Assembly (NCBI GenBank): GCA_000165425.1
Contig: CT868026.1
Coordinates: 62,001 to 126,000 of the forward strand
Source of the DNA: Paramecium tetraurelia
Taxonomy: Eukaryota
DNA length: 64,000 bases
Direction of reading: 5' to 3'
Shown here: piece after piece, positions 13,401-24,241 of the stretch
Numbering within the stretch: the first letter of the stretch is position 1
Layout of the letters: every line of letters starts with the position of its first letter
Made by a program: the position numbers and the translations under genes
The notes under the pieces: generated by a model
The model's input: only the letters and a program-made list of their open reading frames with translations
Databases searched by the model: none
What the model was told of the DNA's origin: nothing

Positions 13401-13899
13401 TTGTTTGATGATCTGTTTTCAAAGGATGCTAGAGTTTGTTCGACCTATTACAAGTTTTAGGTTGTGAACAGTTATTTGAATGGAGAAGCCAAAAATGCTA
13501 TTTGTAATTATTGGAGATATCTAGAAATTAATTGTAATCCATTACTAGCTCTATTCCTCAAGGGAGGACAATGATTTCAAGTATTTTAGACATTGTACTT
13601 TCTTGAGGTATTCTACAAACAACTTCAAATATTCATTCCAATCAAGTTTCCCATCTTTGTTTTCGTCGAAGATGTTAAAGCATTCTTGGATAGTAGATTA
13701 TGACACCTGATTATTTTCTGCCAATCTGTATATTAGATTGGTGAAATCAGCAATTCTTGAGATTATTTTAGAGGTATTACCCAAAATGAGTTTTGTTGAT
13801 TCCCAGAATGCTAATGAAATTGCTTCGTATTTCATTTATATGAAATTCATTGAGGATTCGCTGACTAAGTATGCGCGACTCTTAATCAATAATTTCCAT
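10483..13899 (-). CDS. Large protein with N- and C-terminal EF-hands flanking an alpha-helical (ARM/HEAT-like) core
   Basis: EF-hand loops FNIFDENKDGKLDWNEY near the N-terminus and FVKIDQNQDGYISFYEY near the C-terminus; long Leu/Ile-rich helical middle; several tiny introns. The ARM-like call is inference. Confidence 0.75.
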
Positions 13900-14379
13900 T
13901 TATTTATTTTATTAATTTATTTACAAAGAGAGCAAACTTATTTTTGTTTCTAATTCAGATTATTACAATCCAATTTCTAAGTTTTAAACTAAGCATTTAC
14001 TTTATGAATTTGATTTCATTGCTTCATTGATTTCTTAAACTTGATTTCATTAGATCTTCATCAAATGTTCAAAACATTCCTCTTCATTTATTAATTATTA
14101 TATTTATACAATATAACCTTGAATGTTCCATATTAAGACTCAATTTGTAAATGGAATCTAATTCATAAACAACATTCTGGGGATTTCTTTTGACTTGATG
14201 ATGATGTTAAAGAGAGAGAGAATTTAATTAATACTATTTCAATTCATAGTTATATGAAGATATCACAATTAATTATTTGATATCGGAAATAGAATCAAAG
14301 AATTAACAATATATTTTTCAATAATAATTCCATTTATAAAGAATGGGCTATTTCATTAAATTAATAATTGAGTAACAAA

Positions 14380-15871
14380 TCAATTTGACACAATTATGTC
14401 CACTACTTTAACTCTATGATTCTCTGCCTTAGCAACTTTCAAGATTGCCTATATTTACTAATAATTATCAAATTAATAATATTACACTTCTACATATTAA
14501 ACATTCCTTTCGTTGTTTGAACCAATCAACAGCACAATTTGAACAGACTCCTCCATGACCACATGGTATATTGACTGTACAACTTTGTTATTGAAAACAA
14601 TTAAAACATTATTTCATAGTTTCATCATGTTAGACTACTTCAGTTAAAGTGGGAGATTTTATGTTAAGAGCAGCTGAATTTATTTCAGTTTAATTCCTTT
14701 GATCCTCTGGTAGATAGTAGGTACTTGAGATCCTAATAAGTTGTTTAGGAAAATCATTTAAAATGTTATCCCTACATTAATGAACAAATTTCTTTTGATT
14801 TCTAGAACTTGGAAAACTGATGATTTCCAGTTCTCCCTCAGGATATGTTTGAGTTTGTGGTTTTAATTCATTTAATATAAAAGCTGATAGTATTTTTTTG
14901 CGATATAAGGTGTATACCGAAAAGACCAAAGTATAGAACACACTAGTTAATATTGAAAGGTAATAATTATGTTCCATATTTTAGTCCAAGAAAATACACA
15001 TTTTACAGAGGGTATAGGCAGGCATACCACAAAAACCAAAAAGAAATAAATTGACCCAAATCATCCCAATTATGTTAATCATCAGTTTTTGCCTTTAATC
15101 CGCTCTACTATTGAAATATTGATTTATTAGATTTGACAATCTGAATAGAGAAAACAATTTCAAAAGTATCACAATTAATAAAAATATCCATAATATCGAA
15201 AATGTGTAGATCCATCTAATTGACAACCAATTTATAAGTTTCATATTTATGAACATTAACTGAGTAACAAAACAAAATCTTATTAATACTACAATCTATG
15301 GCCATTATTTATTTAAATACTAATTTCTGTTGATTGGCTTGATCTTTGTTCCTATATAACGAAATCATCGATTGCATCAACCATATGGTTGTATAGAGTG
15401 TCAAAAACATTGACAAGTATTGCATTTAGAAGTCGTTGTTATCAACAAAATAAATCAAGCAACTCTGATCATATTTATTAAACATACATAATAAGATATT
15501 AATCCAACACCCCACAACAATTCAAAGCAGAAATCTGGACTACTTCTGGTTCTGACTAATACACGATTTTTTATACATCTAGTGAAAAGAAATACAAATT
15601 TTGATCAAATATAGGAGATGTCCGATGCTGAGAAATAGAATGGGTATTCTAAGGCTCAGATTAAATGTGAAGGATGAAAGTAACAAGGTCAAGAAACAAT
15701 TAAATAGTATCATTATCAAAAGAGCCTAAATAGAATAGCTCTTACTGTAGTTAGCCAACTATAGGCTATCTATAAATAGTTTATTGATTCAGATTCTACT
15801 GGTAGAGCCTCGATACTAATTTCTGAATTATTTCTCCTGGGAGTTGAACCTTGGGATTATTATTAATTCAT
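14380..15871 (-). CDS. Multi-pass membrane protein with C-terminal C3HC4 RING finger (putative E3 ligase)
   Basis: CFNCFQQQSCTVNIPCGHGGVCSNCAVDWFKQRKECLICRS at the C-terminus, preceded by several hydrophobic segments. Confidence 0.85.
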
Positions 15872-16008
15872 TAAAAATATATTGCATCAAATTCAAATAT
15901 TTATTACTTTAAAGGCAAAAATGTTATAAGGTATATATTTAAATATATTATAAAAAATTCTAATTTCATATATCGTTATTAATTTTTGAATTTCAAATAA
16001 TAAAATAT

Positions 16009-16308
16009 ATGAATAGTTCTCCCTACATAGTAAAGAGAAAACAGAGAGTTGGTGATTGGATCTGTGGTGTATGTAAAAACTTAAACTTCTCATTCCGAAA
16101 TCAATGTAATTCCAATGAACAATATCCAGGTAATCGATGCAATAAGTTCCCGCATAGAAAATCTTCAAAGCAATAATTTCGAGGTTTTCGAACATTGGTT
16201 CTCATCCATTACGAGGAACCAATAGAAAGCGTAGATGAATTACTAGAAAACCAAATTGATCCAATAGTTAAATCAAGCCTTTTGGTATTGGATTTGGATC
16301 AATTTTGA
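16009..16308 (+). CDS. RanBP2-type zinc-finger microprotein, ~91 aa, 1 intron (16106-16129)
   Basis: After splicing, RVGDWICGVCKNLNFSFRNQCNRCNK fits the W-x-C-x2-C-x3-N-x6-C-x2-C pattern. Confidence 0.85.
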
Positions 16309-16379
16309 ATTTACAAATTTTGTATTTTTTTTTCTGCTCTCATTGAGAGTATAATTATATAATAAATTTATTTACGAAT

Positions 16380-17053
16380 ATGAGTGATTTGAGACCCTAC
16401 TTGTTGAGTCAAAATAAAAGTGTGCATCATTTCCAAAACGCCTTCTTCAAACAAGAACCATCACCTAGCAAGTCCCATCGTAAATAACTAGAATAACATG
16501 GATCCCCTAATCATTTGTCAACCTCTCTTTCCTTTTCCAAGTCATTTGCCAACAAGCCACAACAATCCCAATCCGACACATCTTATGTCTACTACCTTAT
16601 CCAGTAAATCAAACAGATGGAGTAGACAATTGAAGAATTGAAATAGGAGAATCAGTTATTGAAATCACAACAGAAGATAGGATTCCTGGTATGAATCACT
16701 GTAATATCAAATAGGATTTACAATTTCAACACAATTAAATGAATAAATATCATAGTATATTGAAATCTGTGCAACAAGTCAAGTTGGATAACATTAAATT
16801 AAAAAAAAGCATAGAATAAATGAATCTGATGATGAAAATCCATATGGCACCTGTGAATGAAATGCTCTCATAATTGATTCATCCAGAAAGCACTGTAATT
16901 TAACAAAAAGAATTAAAAAATCACTAGTAGAGTGATTCAATTAATGAATCAACATTAAATGTCAAAATACACGCCAACATTAGCAAATATTAATCTAATT
17001 ATAACAAGTATTCAAAATGTAAAACTGAAACCCAATTCAAGGATTAAAAATGA
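16380..17053 (+). CDS. Hypothetical coiled-coil protein
   Basis: Code-6 ORF MSDLRPYLLSQNK... with one 26-nt intron and a heptad segment IQQIKQMEQTIEELKQENQLLKSQ; TGA at 17051-17053. Confidence 0.7.
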
Positions 17054-17081
17054 ATATATATATATATATTAAAACCAACCA

Positions 17082-17089
17082 TATAAATA
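17082..17089 (+). promoter_or_regulatory. TATA-like element ~29 nt upstream of the 5S rRNA start
   Basis: TATAAATA at -29, the usual position of upstream elements of Pol III 5S genes. The AT-rich background lowers significance. Confidence 0.4.
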
Positions 17090-17110
17090 GTAAACCATAT
17101 AGTAAATATC

Positions 17111-17230
17111 GTTGTCGGCCATACTAAGCCTAAAGCACCGGATCCCATTCGAACTCCGAAGTTAAGCGGCTTAAGGCGAGGTTAGTACTAAGGTGGGGGA
17201 CCGCTTGGGAAGTCCTCGTGTTGACAACCC
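17111..17230 (+). rRNA. 5S rRNA: 5S ribosomal RNA
   Basis: 120-nt GC-rich island GTTGTCGGCCATACTAAGCC...GATCCCATTCGAACTCCGAAGTTAAGCG...TTAGTACTAAGGTGGGGGACCGCTTGGGAAGTCCTCGTGTTGACAACCC. The ends pair (GTTGTC/GACAAC), the internal control region motifs are present, and an oligo-T follows. Confidence 0.98.
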
Positions 17231-17238
17231 TTTTTTTT
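17231..17238 (+). terminator. RNA polymerase III oligo(T) terminator of the 5S gene
   Basis: T8 run immediately after the 5S 3' end. Confidence 0.85.
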
Positions 17239-17319
17239 ATTTATTTATTTTTTATTAATTTACTTTAAAAATAGGAATATCAAAAATGTTATTATATTAA
17301 TTAATATTAAAGTGGGTTG

Positions 17320-18671
17320 ATGGTTAAATTAGGTATAATTTAATTGAATCTTTGAGCACCAATATTATATGGAATCACGCAAATCTATTTGCTGAGCATT
17401 TTTAGCATTGTAGATGATGGTTTATTTGAAAGTTCAAAATTGGGTACATATTATCTGTATTTGATGATAATGTTTACTTTAATTTTCTATGGGTTCACTG
17501 CATTCAAGGATGTAAATAATAATGATATGATAAGCCAGGATTTGTTACCATCAGTGATTATTAGTACACAGATAGTTCGAATCCATATTAAAAAAAGCGA
17601 TAATCATTTCATCCACTTCCAGGCAATTCTCAACTGAGAACAAAGGAGCAAGTTCCAGAAGAACGAGTCGATTTAAAAGTTGTTGAATAAGCTAAAGAGA
17701 AGCCTAAGTACAGTCTATTCATTATTTGTAGGAATAAAGATGAATTTGAAATGGAATGCGAGGCTTCGGTTGATGAATAGAATTTCCCTGACAATGATAT
17801 TCATAATATGGACAATAATGCCAAGTCTTATGAGAAAACCCCAGAGAAATCAAGGACTCCGTCTAAAATGGTTTCGCAAATGCAAAGTCCACATCAGAAC
17901 AATGCTCGAACCTCTTAAGTGCTTTCTCAAGGGAGTACAAAGCCTGATATCAATAACAATAACAATCCCAACACACAAACAGAACCTCAATTCAATTATC
18001 AATAGGAAATCAATGTTGAATAAGTTGAACATCAATAATCACCCAAATCTGCGAACAATGATAAAAACATAGATCAAAGTGTACATCACGGGAATAGTAT
18101 GTTTATTGAGAAGAGATACTGTCCCATTTGCAATCAAGATTAAATCATACGCTCTAAACATTGTAGAAAGTGCAATAGATGTATAGCATTGTATGATCAT
18201 CATTGTCCATGGGTATTAATACACATTAATATATTTAAAAGACCAGCAATTGCATTGGGGAACGGAATAGATGTGTGTTTTATTGGTTTCTATTTTTCTA
18301 AATCTAAGAAATCATATACGTTATGAGAGCAGTAAGTGTTTTATTCTATGCAGGCTTTTCCACACCTTGACTTCTCTTAATACAGCGGATGGTTTTCATT
18401 GATGGTCATAATCAGTATAATAGTATCAATATTAATGGGATTGATGGTTCTCAGTTTATTTCTATTCCATTCTTTATTGACTTGTAAGAACATGACCACC
18501 TGGGAGTATAAGAGTTGGAAGAGGATATCATATCTTAAAGATTTTCCATAATAATTAGGATCACCCTTTAGCAGTGGATGGAAATAAAATCTTCGCTAGT
18601 ATTGTCGTTTTTCTGTGCCTAAATTGACTAATTGGGAATATAATACATAAAATCTGAATTTTATAAAATGA
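17320..18671 (+). CDS. DHHC palmitoyl S-acyltransferase
   Basis: KD|PG motif, [41 protein letters not shown]-terminal NMTTWE and SPFSSG motifs, four TM segments; at least 4 tiny introns. Confidence 0.95.
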
Positions 18672-19244
18672 ATAATTAATCAATATAGTGATAATCAATG
18701 TATCAATTTGAAGGAATGATTACCCATTTGAAATGTGATTTTGTTTACAACATATTCTACAAAGTAATTCTTGTTAAATTTAATTTATTAATAATTTAAT
18801 CTCAATTGTAAACACAATCACTAATTAGAAATCTAATAAATAAATAAGAATGCTATTACTTAAAAAAGTAAGACATTTTAAAATTACCATTTTTTTATTG
18901 TACTTTAACTCAATTACAATTAAGTTATTTATTAAATTGAAACAAGAATAAAATTATGGAATTATATTCTGAAACTTAATAGAAATTATATTGTTGTTTC
19001 TTAGTGATTATTATTAACAAATTTAAAGGAGGGGAGCAATTATTTAAATTCTCAATTGACAATATTGCATTTTCCATAAAATTGATATTTGTGGAGTACA
19101 AATATATGAGATCAATGGGATCAAGTACAAAACCGTGCTGTTCAAAGAAATACAATGAAATGCGTAGTTGTCACTTGACTAGAATTAAGGAAAAAGAAAG
19201 GGATGATTTAAAAAATGAATATTCAAATTATATTATTATTATTA

Positions 19245-19591
19245 ATGGAATAGCACAAACATATTTTGAATGAACAAGATGATCATCTTAATGAAATAGC
19301 CGATATTGCAAATAGGTTACACAATGCTGCTGTAAACATTAATGTTGAAATTGATCATCAAGGAAAGTATGTTCAATCTTTTTATGACTTATAGATAGAT
19401 TACCTAATTAGATGTAGAAATGGATAAAACATAAAAGAAGATGAATTTCGTATAAAAAAAATTAGGAGATTTACTAAAAACTAATGGTATAAATTAACAC
19501 ATATGGAATTCTAGATTAAAGTTAGATTTGCACAATCCTTATACTTTTTGGGACGCTTTGTGCATTAATTTTCCTCTTGATCTATACCTGA
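19245..19591 (+). CDS. Minimal tail-anchored Qc-SNARE (syntaxin-6/8 or Bet1-like motif), ~96 aa, 2 introns
   Basis: EQDDHLNEIADIANRLHNAAVNINVEIDHQGKQITQLDVEMDKTQKKMNFVQKKL (zero-layer Q) followed by a C-terminal TM segment ICTILILFGTLCALIFLLIYT. Confidence 0.85.
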
Positions 19592-19759
19592 TTTTGAATA
19601 CATTATATAATAAAATGATAGCATACAAATAATAATTGAAATCGTCTAAATTTGATAAGGATCACATTATGATAATCCTTATAATTATTCTAATTTTTGA
19701 TTTAGATATTTAATAATTAATTATAACAATGATGTCTTATTGAAATAAAATAATAATTA

Positions 19760-21034
19760 TCATTTATTAAGTGAGAAACCTTCATTCATAGTCACAAACA
19801 ATTCTGGTTCTTGATAGGAGAACCTATCATAATTGTCCTCTTGTGCCATAGATTGCATGGGTGTATCTTGCACTACTTCCTGTGTAAATGTCTAAATGAA
19901 AATTCATAAATAGAATAGTGATACCACATCAAAATTTCTAAGATCTCTATCTCCAAACAATTTAGGTTTGAAGGGAGGAGCGACCTTTTTATCCATGACA
20001 TCATTCCAATTGACACCATTAAAGAATGGATGTGACTTCACTTCATTGGAACCATCCGATCCTAGTCTATCTTTGGGCTTTGGAGGTTAATTAATAAATA
20101 CTTACATTATTCTTAAGTAATTACTTAATAAGATCAGAAGCTTCTTCTGAGATGGGAGTCTTGATTTCAATTTGTCTCTCTAATCTACTCCGAATCATTT
20201 GTCTTTTATTCTGGGAATAGAAAGGAGGGATGCCTTACAACATCACATACAAGAGGATCCCTAGGGAATACCAATCGGCACTTTGATTGTGACCCTAAGT
20301 AAATTAGGATGGGGAATAAGTTTACTTTTTTCAAATATATTTCTGGAGCCATGTAATCATAGGTGCCACAAATGGTAGTCGTGAAGTCTCCTTCTTTGAT
20401 GTCTACTTTGCAGAGACCGAAGTCAGTGATTTTGACATGTCCATCTTGATCGAGGAGGATATTTTCTGGTTTTAAATCTCTATATATGATATTTTGACTA
20501 TGGAGATATTCTAGAGCCAGGATAATTTCAGCACAATAGAATTTAGCCCATGATTCTTCCATTTTGCCTATTCGCTTCAAGTGGTAAAACAATTCTCCTT
20601 TGGAATAGGATAATGATTAATACCTCCGATCATAAAATCAATTACAAAATACAATTTCTGTTTTGTTTAGAATGCATAATATAAATTCACTATAAAAGGA
20701 CACTTAACCAATGCTAAGATATTTCTTTCTGTTTCCATATAAATTCGAGAATTCATTTGTTGAATAAGATCTTTTCTTAAAATTTTCATAGCATATAGTT
20801 TGGATTAACTCTTGTGATTAACTAAGACTACCTTGCCATAACCACCTCTTCCAAGAACCTTTTCTAGAGAATTCATACTTTAAGAAACTCAAAATCCTTT
20901 AGAGATACTTTTTCCTCATCACTCAATCTGATTTGCTCGACTTACAGTCCATCAAGTTCATCTTCCTATTAGTACTTCTCTTAAGATAAGGTTGTGTGCT
21001 ATTCTGCTTCCTACTTTGAGAGACACAGTCCCAT
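19760..21034 (-). CDS. AGC-group Ser/Thr kinase (S6K/PKB-like) with N-terminal acylation signal
   Basis: [41 protein letters not shown] tail PPFKP...DLRNFD...FT and hydrophobic motif YDRFSY; N-terminus MGLCLSK. Confidence 0.95.
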
Positions 21035-21115
21035 TTATATTAATAATCTCTTTGTAAATATATATTTTAAATAACATCATATGTGTTATGATTAAATATC
21101 TCCGATTGATGCTAT

Positions 21116-21834
21116 TCATAATGCTTTCAATTATTAGAATATGAGTTTAATTTGATTGGGATTCTATTAAATGAGATCATTGAGCAAGCCAAGATTGTCA
21201 TTCAATTCAACCTTTTATTTTAGCTCATCAATATTTGTTGATAAATACCTTAAAAGTTCCCTTTGCTGAATGAAAATATTATAAAATAATATATACAGTA
21301 GAAGTATTCAGGTTTCCAAAAGGGAGACGATTGAATCATAAATTGTTTATGTTAATCTTACAATTGCAATTGATCTCCAATCTATGATACTTAAATACAA
21401 CAATACACAATCATTCTTAATTTTTTCTATTTCTTCACTCTGGATGTATCTGTATTATTCATCCTGATCTCTAATTAATTGGTGATCACCTATCTATCCT
21501 ATCAAATAAATGAAATCTTGAAATTATTAAGTGCTCATTATCTTAACAACCTTTATTTTCTCCTCAGTAACACTGTCTTGCTGTTTGTTTTCAGCCTTCA
21601 ATTACTGGGGTCTCCCCTTCCTACCCTTGATTGACTCAGATGATGGTCTTTTAGTCCCATTCTATAATCCTATTTAATTCATACAGGTGTAACTCCAAGA
21701 TGTTTATTTTTGATGTGGGTATACAAAGCAGCATTGGTCCCATACTTCTTTCTACACAGGGAATCCCCGCAAATATATTCTTTGACTCTTTTTTTAACTT
21801 CAGAATCACTTGAAGATTATGAAGTTGTTATCAT
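21116..21834 (-). CDS. C2H2 zinc finger plus AT-hook protein
   Basis: YICGDSLCRKKYGTNAALYTHIKNKH followed, after an intron, by GRKGRP. Confidence 0.8.
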
Positions 21835-21942
21835 AATTAATAATTATTCTAATTTATTGCATCTAAAATCAATACTGTCAATTTTCTTTATTATAAAATA
21901 TATGTTAGATGAATACCAATCTTTATAATAGCATAAAAATCA

Positions 21943-22899
21943 TCATTCATTTTCTAGCCATTTTGTTCTTTTACCTTCCACCCAATGTCCTTTTTTTCTT
22001 TATCCATTTGCAGTGATATACACTCCTTCTCCGTGTTATTTCCCATTTTCCCATAATCCCTCATATGATCTTCCATCAGGCCATAAAAACTTCCCAAATC
22101 CCTGTTTCTTATCTTCTTTGTACTACCCTTTTTAATAATATATACATTCCCAGTGTATTATCTCCCGTCTGACCAAACAAAATTACCATATCCATCCATT
22201 TTGTTGTGTTTCCATTGTCCCTCATAAATTCTTCCATCAGCCCATTTATAAACGCCCTCTCCGTGAATATCATTCTGACTAAAATCTCCTTCATATCTAC
22301 AAATAAGATAAAGTTCAATACACAGATCCGTCTGTCCATGAAAATTTCCCCTTCCCATCTTTCTTCCCCTATTTATATTGTCCTTCATAGATTGCTCCGT
22401 CTGGCCATTTCTCAATTCCCTTTCCATCTTACTTATCCTCATTCCATTCCCCCTTATAAACTGCTCCATCCAAATGAAAGTATTCTCCATAGCCGCTTGA
22501 TTTGTCCCCGTTCCAATCTCCTTAATACAAATCTCCATCTGCATGAATCAATCTCCCAAAACCAAATGCCTAGCCATCTAACCAAGTTCTATTTATAAAT
22601 TATAGATAAATACCCTTCATATATAGATCCATCCTTCCAAATCTAAGTTCCTCTTCCACATCTGAGATCATTTCTCATTTCTCCAGTGTAAAGTGACCCA
22701 TTGTCCATTAATATATCAGACTTATATGTTAATTCGTGAGAGTCAATTATTTATTAAATAACTTATCATATTGATTAATTGTACCATCGTTGACTCTGTG
22801 CTCAAACTACCCAAATTTTCTCATTGTTTATAACACTTATTCATTTGTAATTTTTTGTTCCAAGTCTGTCCAATATGAACTCTTTGCTAATTCAGTCAT
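21943..22899 (-). CDS. MORN-repeat protein
   Basis: Repeated YEGxWxxxKxxGxG.xxWxDG units (e.g. [22 protein letters not shown]); several tiny introns. Confidence 0.92.
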
Positions 22900-23147
22900 T
22901 TAAACAATAAATAATATTAATACTTAATAAGATTATATTTCGAAATATCCAACTTAATCCGATCTTCAATTTCAAATTATAATTCTGTTAGATTCAACAA
23001 CTTATTCAAAAATCCAATCATTAAATTATATTTCAATAAACATTCCTCTATGTATTAATAACAATTTTACTTCAACTGATATTTATAAACTCATAAAATT
23101 TCTAAACTTTTAAGCAAATTAAAAAGTAATATTCAATTAAAAATAAT

Positions 23148-24179
23148 ATGTATAAATTAAATACCCAGTAGGGCCATTCCTTCTTCAATCTTCAAACTCC
23201 AATCAATTATTTCTCAAAAAAGAACTTATTTTAATCAGCTACTGAAATTAAACCTAAAAGAATGGATTCTTACGGGAGATCAAATCTAGCTCCTCGATCA
23301 TTACCCAAAGAATTTTGGTTTAGAGACCATCCCAAATCCAGTAGGAAAAAAAAAAAAGAATTGCTTAAAATATTTAGATATTTAAACCCTATGTATTATG
23401 AAAGAATGGAATAATACCAGCATTTACAAGATTATCAAAATCAAGTCTGTACACCAAGTCCATCGAGAAAATGGAAGAAGTGTAGGAATATCACTCTAAC
23501 TAAACCCTCATAAACTAGAATGACGTCAGGAATAATTAAATAAAAATTTCAAGAGACTCTTCATCTCTTAATTCCATAAAAGTATTCATCTCCTAAAATT
23601 GCTCGATCTTAAGTTTAATCCCCAAATAAAAATAACAATAAACCAAGTAATGAAACTAAAAATATTAAGCAATTCTAGCAATTTGATATATTGGAATCAA
23701 ATCATACAAATTATGTACCAAGTCTATTATCAATTGATAGATACAATAAAGAAAATAGTATCAATTAAAGTAATACCAATAACATATCGTACATATAACA
23801 CAAAGATATCTCTTCTAGTCAAATCACTCCCAGAAATAAATTTATCAAAGACTGTTGCAGATTGTATGGCTTAGATTCGCATAAGATACCTACAATAAAT
23901 AAGTTGGTTTTCTAGGATCAAATTCCCTTAACTGAATCATACGAAACTAAAAGTGATAAAATTAAAATGTTAGCAAAATCAATTGAGAAATCAAATTATC
24001 AACAGAATAATCTACTGAATTTAAGAAGAAAGCAGAAAGAATTACAACTGAATCAAAAATAAAGATTACACTCTAATTCACTAAAAAGAATATAATGCAA
24101 TGTATATAATAATAGTGTGAATAGAGTGATGAGTACATACTTTCCCTCTCTTAAACAGATTAGTAAGCGTAATCTGTGA
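23148..24179 (+). CDS. Hypothetical basic/low-complexity protein, ~343 aa
   Basis: Open code-6 frame of 1032 nt from MYKLNTQQGHS to ...ISKRNL-TGA; no recognisable domain. Confidence 0.65.
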
Positions 24180-24241
24180 TCAAATCTTGCATGAATTATT
24201 TCATAATTATATCTGAATATAGAGTAAAATTAATTAGCAAT

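Noticed and set aside
15893..16195. Minus-strand 100-aa track ORF
   Set aside because: Antisense shadow of the RanBP2 zinc-finger gene.
17680..18072. Same-strand track ORFs at 17680, 4609, 22109, 23599, 41953 and 62231
   Set aside because: Off-frame readings inside genes whose true frame contains TAA/TAG Gln codons.
18956..19273. Plus-strand ORF (track 19004-19273) as a gene or as the SNARE N-terminal domain
   Set aside because: It is in a different frame from the SNARE, overlaps its start, has no joining intron that I could find and shows no recognisable motif.
22206..22598. Plus-strand 130-aa track ORF, and similar track ORFs at 2982, 13738, 17850, 21710, 26402, 41721, 47105, 56867 and 60624
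   Set aside because: Antisense shadows of well-supported code-6 genes.
21943..22700. Periodic CCATC/CCTTC repeats resembling a DNA repeat array or CRISPR
   Set aside because: Explained by the 23-aa MORN protein repeats; eukaryotic context with no identical repeats or spacers.
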